From: Blastocystis sp. Blastoise
Lineage: Eukaryota; Protista; Bigyra: Opalinata
Direction: 5' to 3'
Length of the DNA: 64,000 nt
NCBI GenBank assembly: GCA_039096225.1
Contig: JBBPEB010000020.1
Span: 124,001-188,000, forward strand
Below are positions 42,508-54,660 of this stretch, piece after piece; position 1 is the first letter of the stretch, and each line of letters starts with the position of its first letter. The notes below the pieces were generated by a model. That model saw only the letters and a list, made by a program, of their open reading frames with translations. It searched no databases and had not been told where the DNA came from. A program made the position numbers and the translations under genes.

Positions 42508-43967
42508 ATGTCCCTTTTTACTGCTGATATTTCAAATCCTGAGAGTCTTCAAGCTTATGTTGACTCTGCTCCTACTGTTATTGAAAACATTCCTTATGTT
42601 CCAATTTCACTTGATGAAGCTGTTAATACACCTATTATTACTAATGTTTTTTCATCAGTTGATAGTCATTCTCAAGTAAATATTTTAGATGCTATTCCCT
42701 CTGTTCCTGAAATTGTAAACAATAATGGAGTTCCTAAAAGAATTAAAGTAAGTCAAGAAAATATTAATTCACTTAAAGATGCTTATGAAAAACATCAAGA
42801 TGAATGGTCGGCACTACAATATTCCTGTCATTGTGGAATTAAGTTGTCTAGAACAAAGAAGTTTCTCACTGACTTAAGAAAAGGAAGATGTATTGATAAA
42901 TCTACTGTGAATAAAGGAAGAAAACGCTTACTAGGTCGAATTCAGTCTAATATGCTAACTAATATGATTAGAAATGATTGTAAGGTATCTCTTCAAACTC
43001 TCTCCGATAATCTGGCAAATCCTGATTTTAATATTCAATCTGAACCTCAACAAGAATTATTAAGTTTAGAAGAAGAACGAATTCGTGAAGAAATTGAACT
43101 AGAAAATATGGTACCTGTACCATCTTCAAATAATAATCAATTGAATGATACTACTTCTATTTCTCCTATTGTTCAACCTCCTTCTTCATCATTAAATCAA
43201 AATACTATTACTGATATTCCTTTGATAAATGAAAATACTTCTATTCGTGTTTCTCCAAGTACTATTAGTAGACATCTTAGATTTAGAATGATTGATTATG
43301 ATCAACCAAATATAACTCTTAAGAGAGTAAGTCATCGTGAAATAAATTCAAACAATCCAGACGCAAAACAAAAGCGTATTGAGACCATCGTTAAACTCAA
43401 TGATATTCTCAATAATGGTACTATTCCTTTATTTAGAGATGAAACTCACTAGAAAGTTGGATTAGTAAAGAATATGGGAAGATCTCCTGTTGGCACTAAG
43501 GCATTTGATAATGCTAATAGAAGAGAAATGGATGTAACTTGTATTGCTGCTATGTCTGACTCTAAAATGGAAGAATGTTATTTACTTAGAGGTAGTATTA
43601 CAGCACCTGTCTTTAAGGCTTATATTCAGAACTTAATAGCTTCTTTGAATCCTAGAGCTACTTATTGTTTCTATATGGATAATGCTAGTATTCATCATGA
43701 TGTTGAAATTGAAGAGTTAATAAAGAAGTCTGGTAATACTATTATCTATTCTGTACCTTATTCTGCTAAAATGAATCCTATTGAGTTCATTTTTGGTGCT
43801 TGGAAACAACGATGTGAAAAGGATATTCGTGTCTGGACAAATCGGGAAGATTTATTAGATAAAATTAAAAATGGATTCTTAACTTTAGAAGAGAATCTTG
43901 TACGTAAGAGGGTTCAACATGTTTTACGCTCTGTTTGGAAGAAAGTCTTAAATGGAGATAATATTTA

Positions 43968-43968
<1 letters not shown>
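42508..43968 (+). pseudogene. Tc1/IS630 DD34E transposase with one nonsense codon
   Basis: FRDETH*K (TAG at 43450), YMDNASIHH and PYSAKMNPIEFIFGAWK; 34 residues lie between the second D and the E. ORFs 42508..43452 and 43474..43968 are in the same frame. Confidence 0.9.
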
Positions 43969-44006
<38 letters not shown>

Positions 44007-44175
44007 TCTATTATTATATATATGTAATTGTTTTTGTTTTTAATTAATTAATTAATTAATTATTGTTTTGTTAAAAAATAACATTTAATATAAAAATTAG
44101 TTTATATAATAATATGTTATATATAAAGTATAAAAAAAAAATGATATATACATAATGTTCATGTATATACATAAT

Positions 44176-44504
44176 GGTGTAGTGATATGTGACTTGACGA
44201 ATATTAGCAATATTCATGAATATAAGACATTTCTCTATAATAGTATGTGCTGGTTACTCTGTCCGTGATAGCCTGTACTAAAGGCGAACGTCCGGTTTTA
44301 TCAAATGATACACTAGCCACAGACTAGCAAATGTATCAAAGCAGATCTAAAATCACGGGAATTTTAGCAAACCATTCATTCTATAAGCAGACTACGTTGA
44401 ACTAGGAAATTTCCTCTTGAGTTTTACCGACAAAACAAAAGCCTGTGGGAAGGATGGAACCTTGAAGCTTTTGCTAAAATCCGACAGTCACATACCACTA
44501 CACC
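44176..44504. mobile_element. 329-bp MITE with ~34-bp imperfect TIRs and AT flanks, inserted in the Tc1 element
   Basis: GGTGTAGTGATATGTGACTTGACGAATATTAGCAA versus TTGCTAAAATCCGACAGTCACATACCACTACACC; AT on each side. Confidence 0.8.
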
Positions 44505-44934
44505 ATGGATCTCACAAAATTTTATGTTTTTTTATGCTATTTAAATTTACAATAATAAATAAATATTTTTAAAAGAAAGTAATTTACAAAAAAAAAAAAG
44601 AAAGTATTTTGACATATAATAATTTCCATGAAAAAAGTTTTTGTCTTTGAAGAAAGTATTTCACTGATAGGCATTCCCGTGAATACCCAAATTGCGATAC
44701 ACACGATCTGGAATGGTCAGACAGATTCAGATTCTTTCAACACATTTTTGAGAATTCAACTATTGGATTATTATATATTATAAAGGACTTTGTTTGGCTA
44801 TAACAAAATTAGTAGCCAATTAATTGAACAAGAATTTGGAATACTCCAAAATTATTGGGATAATTTTTTTTTTTATTTAATTATTTTATTCATTAATTTT
44901 TTTTAATATTATTAATAAAACTTGTGATTAAAAT

Positions 44935-45115
44935 CAATGTCTTCCCTGACTTTTGTGACAATTGCCATGACAATAGCTGACTGTCACTTTCAGCCAGACT
45001 TAAATTGACTTAGTCATAAAAATATAAAATTACACTGTCAAAAATAAATATTTTGTCAGAAAATTTTGTGACAATTGCCACGTGGCAATTTTGTCCAGTG
45101 ACAGGGAAGACACTG
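44935..45115. mobile_element. 181-bp hAT-type MITE with 8-bp TSD
   Basis: TIRs CAATGTCTTCCCTG / CAGGGAAGACACTG; ATTAAAAT duplicated at 44927-44934 and 45116-45123. Confidence 0.9.
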
Positions 45116-45289
45116 ATTAAAATGAAACAAAACAATTTTTTTTAATGAATAATACAATTTAAACCAATAATTAACAAAAAAAAATCAATATATATATATT
45201 TAAATAAATAATCAGAAGCAAAATAGACAATTTACAAAAAAAAATATAAATGAATTGAGAAACTACTACTATTATACAAGCAAACCATG

Positions 45290-46772
45290 AAATTTAATAC
45301 CTATATAATATTGAAAAAAAAAATGGAAATATTAATAAAATAAAATGAATATAAAATTTTAATTGCGTAAAAGCATACTTTTAAACTATAAATAAATTCA
45401 GTCACTCAATCTTCACTTGTTCCTATACAGAATATATGAATAATATAGATATACGGTTTTACAAAAAAAGAAATTATACTAAAATATTTAAAACATATAC
45501 ATAACTGATTTAATTAATCACTATACGATATAAAACATAGAACAATATTAATTATGTATAATCTTCAAATCTATATATGATATGAAAATAATAATTAAAT
45601 AATTATAACATATAAAGCTTACTTTTTGGTTATTTTAAGCAAAGCGGAATGACATGGTTACTATAAATAAAGGTATTATTAGAAAAATTCATAACATAGA
45701 ACATACATAAAGAATTGGCTTCAACAGAGCAAGAACAAAACTATATAAATGTAAATTATGATGTATAAATATATATCTTAAATAAATGTATACTTACATA
45801 TATATTCATCATATAAAACATAAAAATAAAAGAAATATGATCAAACAGATAATCTATAAACAGGAATCCTAAATCGAATGGATTTAAAACGAATGGCTAT
45901 AAATATTATCTGTTTAGTTATATAAAAGAATATATATTTTTTATAATACACATAAAGAATTAAGATTTCGTTTATAGATAATATTTAAATTATAAATATA
46001 TACGTTTTAAAAGCTATACTATAAATTTTTATATATATTCTGTAGTTTCTCAATAAGATCTTTATTATTCTTCATCTTTTTTTCATGTAACTTCATAAAA
46101 TTTGGTGAGAGCACCCAATCAGTATTCTATATATAATAAAAATATATCTAAGCTAAAAATTAATATATACAAAGAGAAGGGACTGATCTGATTTGACTAG
46201 ACATCTATATTGTTCAAGAGACACATTCTTAGGTTTAAAACCAAAATAGGTAAATAAAGTTCCACGTAGCTTTTTATTTATTAAAGCCATTTTAACAATT
46301 GTTCTTGTTCGTACTAATGATACAGACATTATTTGCTCCTCAGAATTTAAATATTTAAAGCACAGATTAGACATTTTTATAAATAGATCAGATTTCCTGT
46401 TAAATTTTGGAATACCATCATTAAATATAAATATTTCTAAGGCTTTATTTTTATCTTCATCAGACAGAATAATTGGAATAAATCTTAATACATCCTAAAA
46501 ACTATAGTATAATAATTAATGAATATATACACTTATTAGAATAGTAGCCGATTTTATATATCTTATGGGTAGAGACTGTCTCACAGCCAAATGTCGAAGA
46601 AATATTTCGAACTCAGCATTGAGATAATGAAGTTGATCACCTATAATACTTAATTTGTATACATAATAAATATACGAGTATTAATTGACCCATTTTGTAG
46701 ACCAATGAACTCATCAATAGAGCCTACCATAACAGATCGAAAACGTTTCAATTCTTGTTCATTTGCAGTCAT
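45290..46772 (-). CDS. Multi-exon accessory gene of the CACTA-like element (unknown function)
   Basis: ATG at 46772 (MTANEQELKRFRSVMVGSIDEFIGLQNG), followed by GT-AG-spliced exons including ORF 46153..46374. Divergent from the transposase; 3' end approximate. Confidence 0.55.
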
Positions 46773-46898
46773 GATTCTATCATTAATTAAATCTATCTAA
46801 AATGAATATCAAACCTATTGTGTTCTATTTGCTTTTAAACCTAAGATAAATAAATAATTTATTATGAAAATTCTAGAATAATCTTATACTTTTATACG

Positions 46899-49800
46899 AT
46901 GGATGGTGTTCGACTCTTCACGAAATTTGGGTTTAAAAGACCTGCAGGTATGTTCATTTAAGATGATTTACTACATTCATAGATGATGATTTTTTGTATT
47001 CTCCAGACACATCATCTAATTGTAATACTCAAGTTGATCAAACATCTTTTCTGATTAATCCAGAGAGTGTAACATCAGAGAATGAAACAGTTCTAGATGA
47101 GATTATGAGAAATATAAATAGAAATGTAAATATTTATATTTAAAATAGCAGTATATATAGATAGTTGAATTATATATAACGATATATATATACTTATAAA
47201 TCCATAGACTGTTAAAAAAGCTAAAGAAAACATACTAATCGAAGAAGAGATAGAAGATATTATTTTTTGTGGTTGGAAACAATTAGATATTAGTGAAGAG
47301 AAAATACTAACCATATTCGATATAGTGAATGATGTTCTCCAAATGGTTTCTAGCACTACAACAATAAAAAAACCAAGAAGAGGGCAAGACTTTATTAGAA
47401 GAATACTGAATAGTAACACATTGATGCCAACGTTCTTTAATATTTTTTATTGCTCAAGTTGCCAAAATATTGTTGATTATAACCAAAGTTGTAACATTAA
47501 ATTAGATTCAAGAAGAGTTTGTACTTTGCATAATAATGATAACAACCGTATGTAACTATATTCAATATAATAAGATATATGCATAATATACAAATATTAC
47601 ATATGACATAATTATATTATGTTTATATTATATTATATTTGTACTATCAATTTATAACTTATTATATATTGTTTATATTAAATCAATATTACATATATAT
47701 AATATAATGTTTTATTTAATAGTATATATTAAATATATACTATTATACTATTATACTATTTTTAATATCATTTTATATAATACATATAATAATCTATATA
47801 CACATATCTATAGCTCAACATTTGAAGATACTCCCAATTATTCCTCGTTTAAGGAGTCTTCTTTGTAATCAACAAATTATCCAAGATGTTCATTTATATA
47901 CCAAAAACCAAATTCAGCAAATAGTAGAAAAAGAGGAATTGCAAGATAAAAATATACCTAGCTATATGTATGGTAATAACTTTTCAAAATATGTAAAGGA
48001 AACAATAGAAAATGGTGATTTATTCTTTTTCTTTACAATTACTGCTGATGGCATATCAGTATTTAATGCTCCTTTGAGACAAGATAATAAGACTTCTAAA
48101 CCATTATTGGTCAATCTTCTTAATTATAAGGACTCACGGCAACATGATAGAAGAGAATTTTGGGTATATAGTATTTCATCTTCTGTAGAACTAAATGTAT
48201 CGTTACAGATACTAGTAAAAGAATTTGATTTATTGAAGGAAGGTATTCCAATGATGATTAATATCAATGGTAACATAGAAGAAAGGAGAATTGTAGGAGT
48301 TTTGCTAGAAGTGTATGGAGATACAGCTGAGATCCAAGAACTTGGTCATTTTAGTGGTCCTGCGTCTAATTTTCCTTGTAGGTTTTGTAACCTACGCATA
48401 AATAGAGAAAATGATAATTTTCATGCAGGAATTAAAACATCATATGTTCAAGTCAAATCATTTGTTGCTCCTGAGATACCATCTAACCATGTAGAAGTTT
48501 TTTATCCTCTATCGAGTAAACATAAAACTTGTATACTTCCTGTTACAATTAATGGAATAAATTGCATCAAATATACAAAATTTTTAAAAGGAGAAATTCA
48601 GCAAGATTCAGTAACGAATATATATCTTATTGATAATACAAAAGATCTAATAAAAGAAATAAGAAACAGCCCTTCAGATATATCTAGTATTAATGGGATT
48701 AAAACAATAGAAAGCATATTTGAAAGTCTTAAATACTTTGATGCTGCTACTAGTTTCAACTTAGATCCAATGCATCTATTTAATAATAATGTTGTTTTAC
48801 TTATTTCACTCCTATTAGGATATAATAGAGAGAAGTATATTCAAGTTTTGAATAATCATAAATATAAAAATCCTAATAAAATATTAAATGCATTTCAACT
48901 TTCCCTTGAAAATATCACCATACTACGTAACAGAATTCAAAATATCAATTCTTTCTTTTATAACACAGAAGGACAATTTCGTTTGATTTTTGAAGAAACG
49001 TCATTCTTTAAAATGACATCTCATAGCAGAGTATATTTTGCTTCTAAATTTTACCACTTATTAGTTCAGATTTCAATCAACAAGATTCACTATTGATACC
49101 ATTATTAGATCTTCAAGCTGATATAATAAATATGAGTACTATGAAGAATTATAGAATAACTAGTGAAGTATTGGAAATATTACAGGTTAAAAGTAATATA
49201 TTCATGTTTATGTGTGATACAATTCTTCCTAAAGAATTCATCAATAGTCAGTTACATTCAACGATTCATTTAAGTAAGTGCATACAAAATTCTGGAGGAC
49301 TCCAGTACTGTAGTACGTGGAGATCAGAAAGATACTATTCCAAGATTAAAAGGAACACATTAGGTAGATTATCATTCAATAAATCTGCAATAAATAAAAT
49401 GGCCCAAAAGGAAGTACTAGATTTAAATAATGTTTCACTAAAGAGTTTAAAACAGAATTCAGTTAATACTAATATCTTATCTGAACAACCACAACTACAC
49501 CATATTAATAATGCTTCTAATGATACTGGAATTGATATTTTAGATGAAACAAGTTTCAACTATTTAACTGTACCAAAATATGAAGAATTTAAAGAAATAC
49601 ATTATTATCAAGAATCAACACATAATGTATTTTCTATAAAAGGAATTCGTAGTTACGATGATGACTCGAATAGAATAGACTTCACAGTTTCATTTCTAAA
49701 ATATATAATAAAGATGAATAATGATAATATAAATAGAATCTTATTTTATAACATTCATCCTAATGTAGACACAGTTGAATCAATGTTGAGACACTTAAAT

Positions 49801-50449
49801 TGTGAATCTTCATTAAAAATAGTAATGGAGAATTCAAAGAATTTGAATGTTTACACATATTCAGAAATATTAGTGAATAAAACATTATCGTATACTGTTA
49901 CATTCGAAGATGAAGGTGTAGAACAACTAGATAATTCATACTTAATGTATTATGAAAACAACAACAACATCATTTCAGCTCATCTAGTTAAAGCTTTAAT
50001 GTACATTCAAATAGAAGATCTATTCTTAGCAAAAATACATGAATACCCAGAATCAGAGGTATTAAAGAATGGACTTTTTTATAAAATACCTAATTCGAAT
50101 ATCTCATTATATAATAATGTCTATCAATACGATAAAACATATAAAGATATAAGAAATTTTGTTCCTTCAAATATTATTGTTTGTGATATTCATAATAATA
50201 AAATTAATACCAGAATAGATGACGAAGATTATATAGATGTAATTATTTCTTATTTATATATAATAATATATATATCTATATCTATATTATTAAGTTCATT
50301 TATCTTTCATACTTTAATTATATATTTTATTCTAGAATGAAAATCTTCAAAAGAATAGTACAATAACGAAGGCTACAATTAATTCTAATGAAATCTCAAC
50401 TACAACAGTATTCATTCCAAAATTTTATCAATATATTGATTCCATATAA
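46899..50449 (+). CDS. CMC/EnSpm (Tnp2-like) DDE transposase, one frameshift near 49065
   Basis: Motifs YCSSCQ, ITADGISVF, VYGDTAEIQELGHFSGPASNFPCRFC, LDPMHLF and QLHSTIHLSKCIQNSGGLQYCSTWRSERYYSKIK. The paralogous copy at 34450 supports the frame NQQDSLLIPLLD. Confidence 0.85.
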
Positions 50450-50619
50450 TATTTTTTCTTCATTCTTTTTTTTATTATATATATATCTTTATAATATATT
50501 CTTTTATTAGTTTTGTAAATCATACTTATTATACCTTTTAACTAATAACTGTTGTTCATACTCCATACATACATTACTGTTAAAAATTGAATAGACATAA
50601 AATTCTAATTAGAATAATA

Positions 50620-52180
50620 GCTAATAAAACCTTAAGTAGGTAAAAACTACTAAGAATATAGGATTGCTAACAATAAAAGAAGGAAGGAAGAGGCAAAGAT
50701 ATATCATCATTAATGAGATTCACTTTAGACGAATATATAATATCAATATTTGACACAAGTATATACTTTGTCATAGAGATAGGAAGCCTTAATATATACA
50801 ATATGAAGTAGTATAAAACTCAGAACAGTTAAAAATATATTAAAATAGTTTCTTAGATTCATAAGAATAGTAATATTGGCATTTAGAGAATTTAACCTGT
50901 AATTATGGGATTCATTTTTCTATAATCATTTAATATATTCATGTTTCATTAACATAAAAAAAGATACAATAATTGGCAAATATCATAAGTTGATTTAATA
51001 GCAAAGGATACAGTTTGACTTGTAGAACAACCATGAAGAATAAATTATGGATTTATTAAATATATATATATCCAAGCACATACTATTTGATAAATTTGCT
51101 TAACAAAAGAGATATCCCACGAGAATATATAATTGTTTCCAATAGACTATTAATTATTCGATGATGATCTAATATAAAAGAAGAAACTATGAAAGGAGAA
51201 GAGTTTAGGGAACCAAGAATAACTCAAGCATTGCTGTAGTTCTAGAAGATAGAGAATGAGATATAAATACAATGATTGGCAAATAATATATGATGCAGTT
51301 AACTATTAAATACAATCGATATCATGCTATTAAGACATTGATTCTGATGATAATGACATAATCCATCACTACATAAGATAGGTTTATTTCTTGGACATAT
51401 ACGATAAGAAGGACATTGTTCACTTTGAGATATACAACTACCCTCTATACATCGTTTACTACCTTTAGGACAAAGAGGAGGAGGAATAGAATTCGATAAG
51501 ATATTCGATTGAAAGGATGTATCTGTAGATAATGGATCCCAATAATATTTATTTATAGAAGTTAAAGATCCTTCTATAGAAGCAATAGGATCTCCTGTAG
51601 GTATAAAATAGGGAGATATACTATATATATAATAACTATCATAACTATAATGTATATTATATCTTCTACAAGGATAAAATTGATAAGCACGTGAACATAA
51701 ATGTTGATATCGCTCTTTTATTTTATTAATACAATTATTTATATCTTCTTTATTATTATATATATTAGTACCTATGCTATTAGTTCCAGAGAGAGCATCA
51801 TTAACATGTAGAGAAACACAACAAACGGGAGTTTTATCTTGACCAACAATAGGCTGTTCCCCGTGGGGAATTGAAACAATTCTTTAATTATTTCTTTCTA
51901 TAGTAAATGGATTATTCATCAAATAAACATGAATATCAGTATATATATCTTTATCATTTCTCTTTATTACTATACCTTCTGTAGGTATATATAATAAACC
52001 ATCTATATAACCACTATTACTAAGTAATTGAATAAAACTATTCATATAACAAGTATTTCCTAAATTACGTATTCCCACGGGGAGATCACAATTTCTTAAT
52101 CGTGGGAATGGAGATGAAGGAATAGTATAAGTAGATGAAGGTGTAAGAGGAGGAGGAGTTTGATCATAATTTAATATAGG
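50620..52180 (-). pseudogene. Ubiquitin-specific protease (peptidase C19)-like sequence, degenerate or chimeric
   Basis: Cys-box GIRNLGNTCYMNSFIQLL (52078-52020). A weak C-terminal remnant VNLINDD...SYIL lies near 50650-50730. Stops, frameshifts and a Cys-rich insert lie in between. Confidence 0.7.
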
Positions 52181-52269
52181 AGGAACAAGAGTTCATAAAG
52201 GAAATAATATAGACTTATTGATATATTGTTCAATACTCATATTATCAACAGCTAGAAGAAAATAATAAA

Positions 52270-54660
52270 TTATTTATATGTAGAGTATATTTGACATGAA
52301 ATAAATAAATAAATAAATATATATATATATATATACCTATTTAAAAGAGTAGATTCGCTGCAGCTCTGTGTATACCAGTTCTCCAAGGAGTATGAGAGAG
52401 TAATATATAGTGAGAAAGGAAAGTAGAAGATACGAGGGATGTAGCGAGAGGAGTTAAAGCGTCGGAAGGGAGGGAACGATACTGGGAAGGGGGGAAAAGA
52501 TACTTGGAAGGGAGTTAAAACGTCGGAAGGGAGGGAACGATACTGGGAAGGGAGGGAATAAGATAAAATAAGATAATAATAAATATAATAATAATTATAT
52601 ACAGGATATATAATTACCATGCTTTTGATAATCATGGTTTTCAAAGAGGGACATGGAACGCGATTATTATAGGCGGCACATAGTTTAGTATATACTTGAT
52701 GTAAAGGTAATTTACAAGTATGCAGAGATCCTTGTCCTGCAGTATGTATAAGCATTATAATATCTCTATATATAAGTTGATTAATTATAAATATAGAATA
52801 GTAAAAACTAAATATATATATATATAGAATAGTATATATAGCATAATATATATATACACAATAGAGAAATGCTGAAGCATAAGTATTTCCCACAATTAGG
52901 GATTAATAAAGACAAGATATCACTGTGAAGCTGGAAGATAAATTAGGAGATAATACAAGAACAGTATATAACCACGGGGATAATTGAGTATACCTAGAAA
53001 AAAGATATATTAGATATTATAAAAAAAAAAAATATATATATATATACAATAAAATATTTAATAAGAAGATCATGTCATATAAGTAGCTGACAGAGGGATT
53101 CGCTCATCCACAGAATACATAGATTCTATGTAATAATAATAATAATAGTATATATATATATATATATACGGATATCGTATATCAAGTAGTTCATTCCATC
53201 CGTTTGCTGAGTTTTCATTTATTGTTTAATTTGCAAGAGAAACATAAGGAGACAAATTACGTATTGTGTAAAAAACTTCATTTGCATATATACTACTACT
53301 ATCGATACTAGAGTTATGAGCATCACTAGGACATCCAATAAAGAAAGAGAACTTGGTGTTTCGAGATGGCCTTAAAAAGTTTATTAATGTAGTAAATAAT
53401 ATATCAGATGGAATAGTGGGTAATACTGGGAACTAGATGCTATATTTATAGAATAATAATAAGTAAAATTATATATATAATAATATATATATAGAATAAT
53501 ACATAATAATATATATATATAAAAATAATAATAAGTATAATTATATATATAATAGAAAAATAATAATATATATATATACAACTTGAAGGCAATCTTAAGG
53601 GGTTATATACAAATGCTTTCTCAATATAATCCGATATATAAAAGAATTCTTAACTATTTCTATATATATGTATAATAATATATATAGAATATTATAATAT
53701 ATATATATTTACAATTCTATGTAATAACCAGGGGAATTCACACATCGTGGATGTGTTATATCTTCAATAAAAAAGTCTATAAAATATTTATTATAATTAT
53801 AATTATATATATATATATACTTCTCCATGATAAGGAAGACACTTCTTATTATATAAAGGAGCAGTTTTATTTCCGTACATTAATCCCCTTAATATTGTAA
53901 AGTCTTTTGTTTGTATTTTATCTTGACATTCATCTCCGTATATATATCTAAATAAATCAGCAGCTGTCAGTTCCGCGGGAATCGTCAAATGGACAGCAGA
54001 TCTTTTAAAAGTTTCGTGGGAAGTAGGTAAAAGAACAGCAATTGGTTTTTGAGGTGTAGAGAGATGTATACTCTATAGAAAAGAAGAAAAAGTTGAAGAC
54101 AACATAAATAAGAATTAATATATATTTATATAAATATGATAAGTATAAATGAATTAAGAAAAAGATAATTATATATATTTACAAAATAGTCGATAAACAT
54201 AATGGTTGATACAAGTTGACAACAAATTGACGTATTTCAGGATTACAAATATTCTAGTCATAATTCTATAAACAAATAATAATACAAATTAAAAAGAAAA
54301 CATATAAATTGAAAATGAAATAATAAAATATTTATATACATAGATAACAGCATATCCCATATCTTGATGTAGAAAGGTTTGAAATAAATCAGACAAAGAA
54401 TACTACAATTACATCACACATAAAGACTAAAGCATACCTTGTAATAATTTTATTCAACTATAGCATTCACAATACCTATCTCATACTGATAAAGAAGCCT
54501 AAAACCTCAAAGGATCAAGTTTGCCAAGGAATCTGAAGAATCAAGTGATAAAAAATATTATTTTAAAGTTATAAATATAAAAGCAAAGCATACCTGTTCA
54601 GAATATAGTTGATAATAGCAAATTGTATGCTATATAAACGTGTAGCAAACAAATTAAATA
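52270..54660 (-). pseudogene. Additional spliced coding fragments of unknown function inside the CACTA-like element
   Basis: Exon-like blocks such as HLSTPQKPIAVLLPTSHETFKRSAVHLTIPAELTAADLFRYIYG and LIHTAGQGSLHTCKLPLHQVYTKLCAAY, separated by host-type introns. Confidence 0.45.

Larger units (their letters stand above)
42236..44661 (+). mobile_element. Tc1/IS630-family transposon with long TIRs containing internal direct repeats; right TIR truncated
   Basis: Starts TA|CAGTTCTTTGC. The left TIR (~42236-42500) carries repeated (GC)AAAATACTTTCT motifs. 44540-44661 is the reverse complement of ~42381-42500 and stops abruptly at CACTG (44662). Confidence 0.85.

Noticed and set aside
49060-49100. 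Programmed frameshift between transposase ORFs 47822..49096 and 49093..50340
   Set aside because: No slippery heptamer is evident, and the paralogous copy supports the downstream frame across the ORF junction. A 1-bp deletion or sequencing error is simpler.
52440-52560. G-rich purine-skewed ~60-bp duplication (possible G-quadruplex or telomere-like)
   Set aside because: Best explained as a local tandem duplication in a Pro/Ser-rich minus-strand coding fragment.
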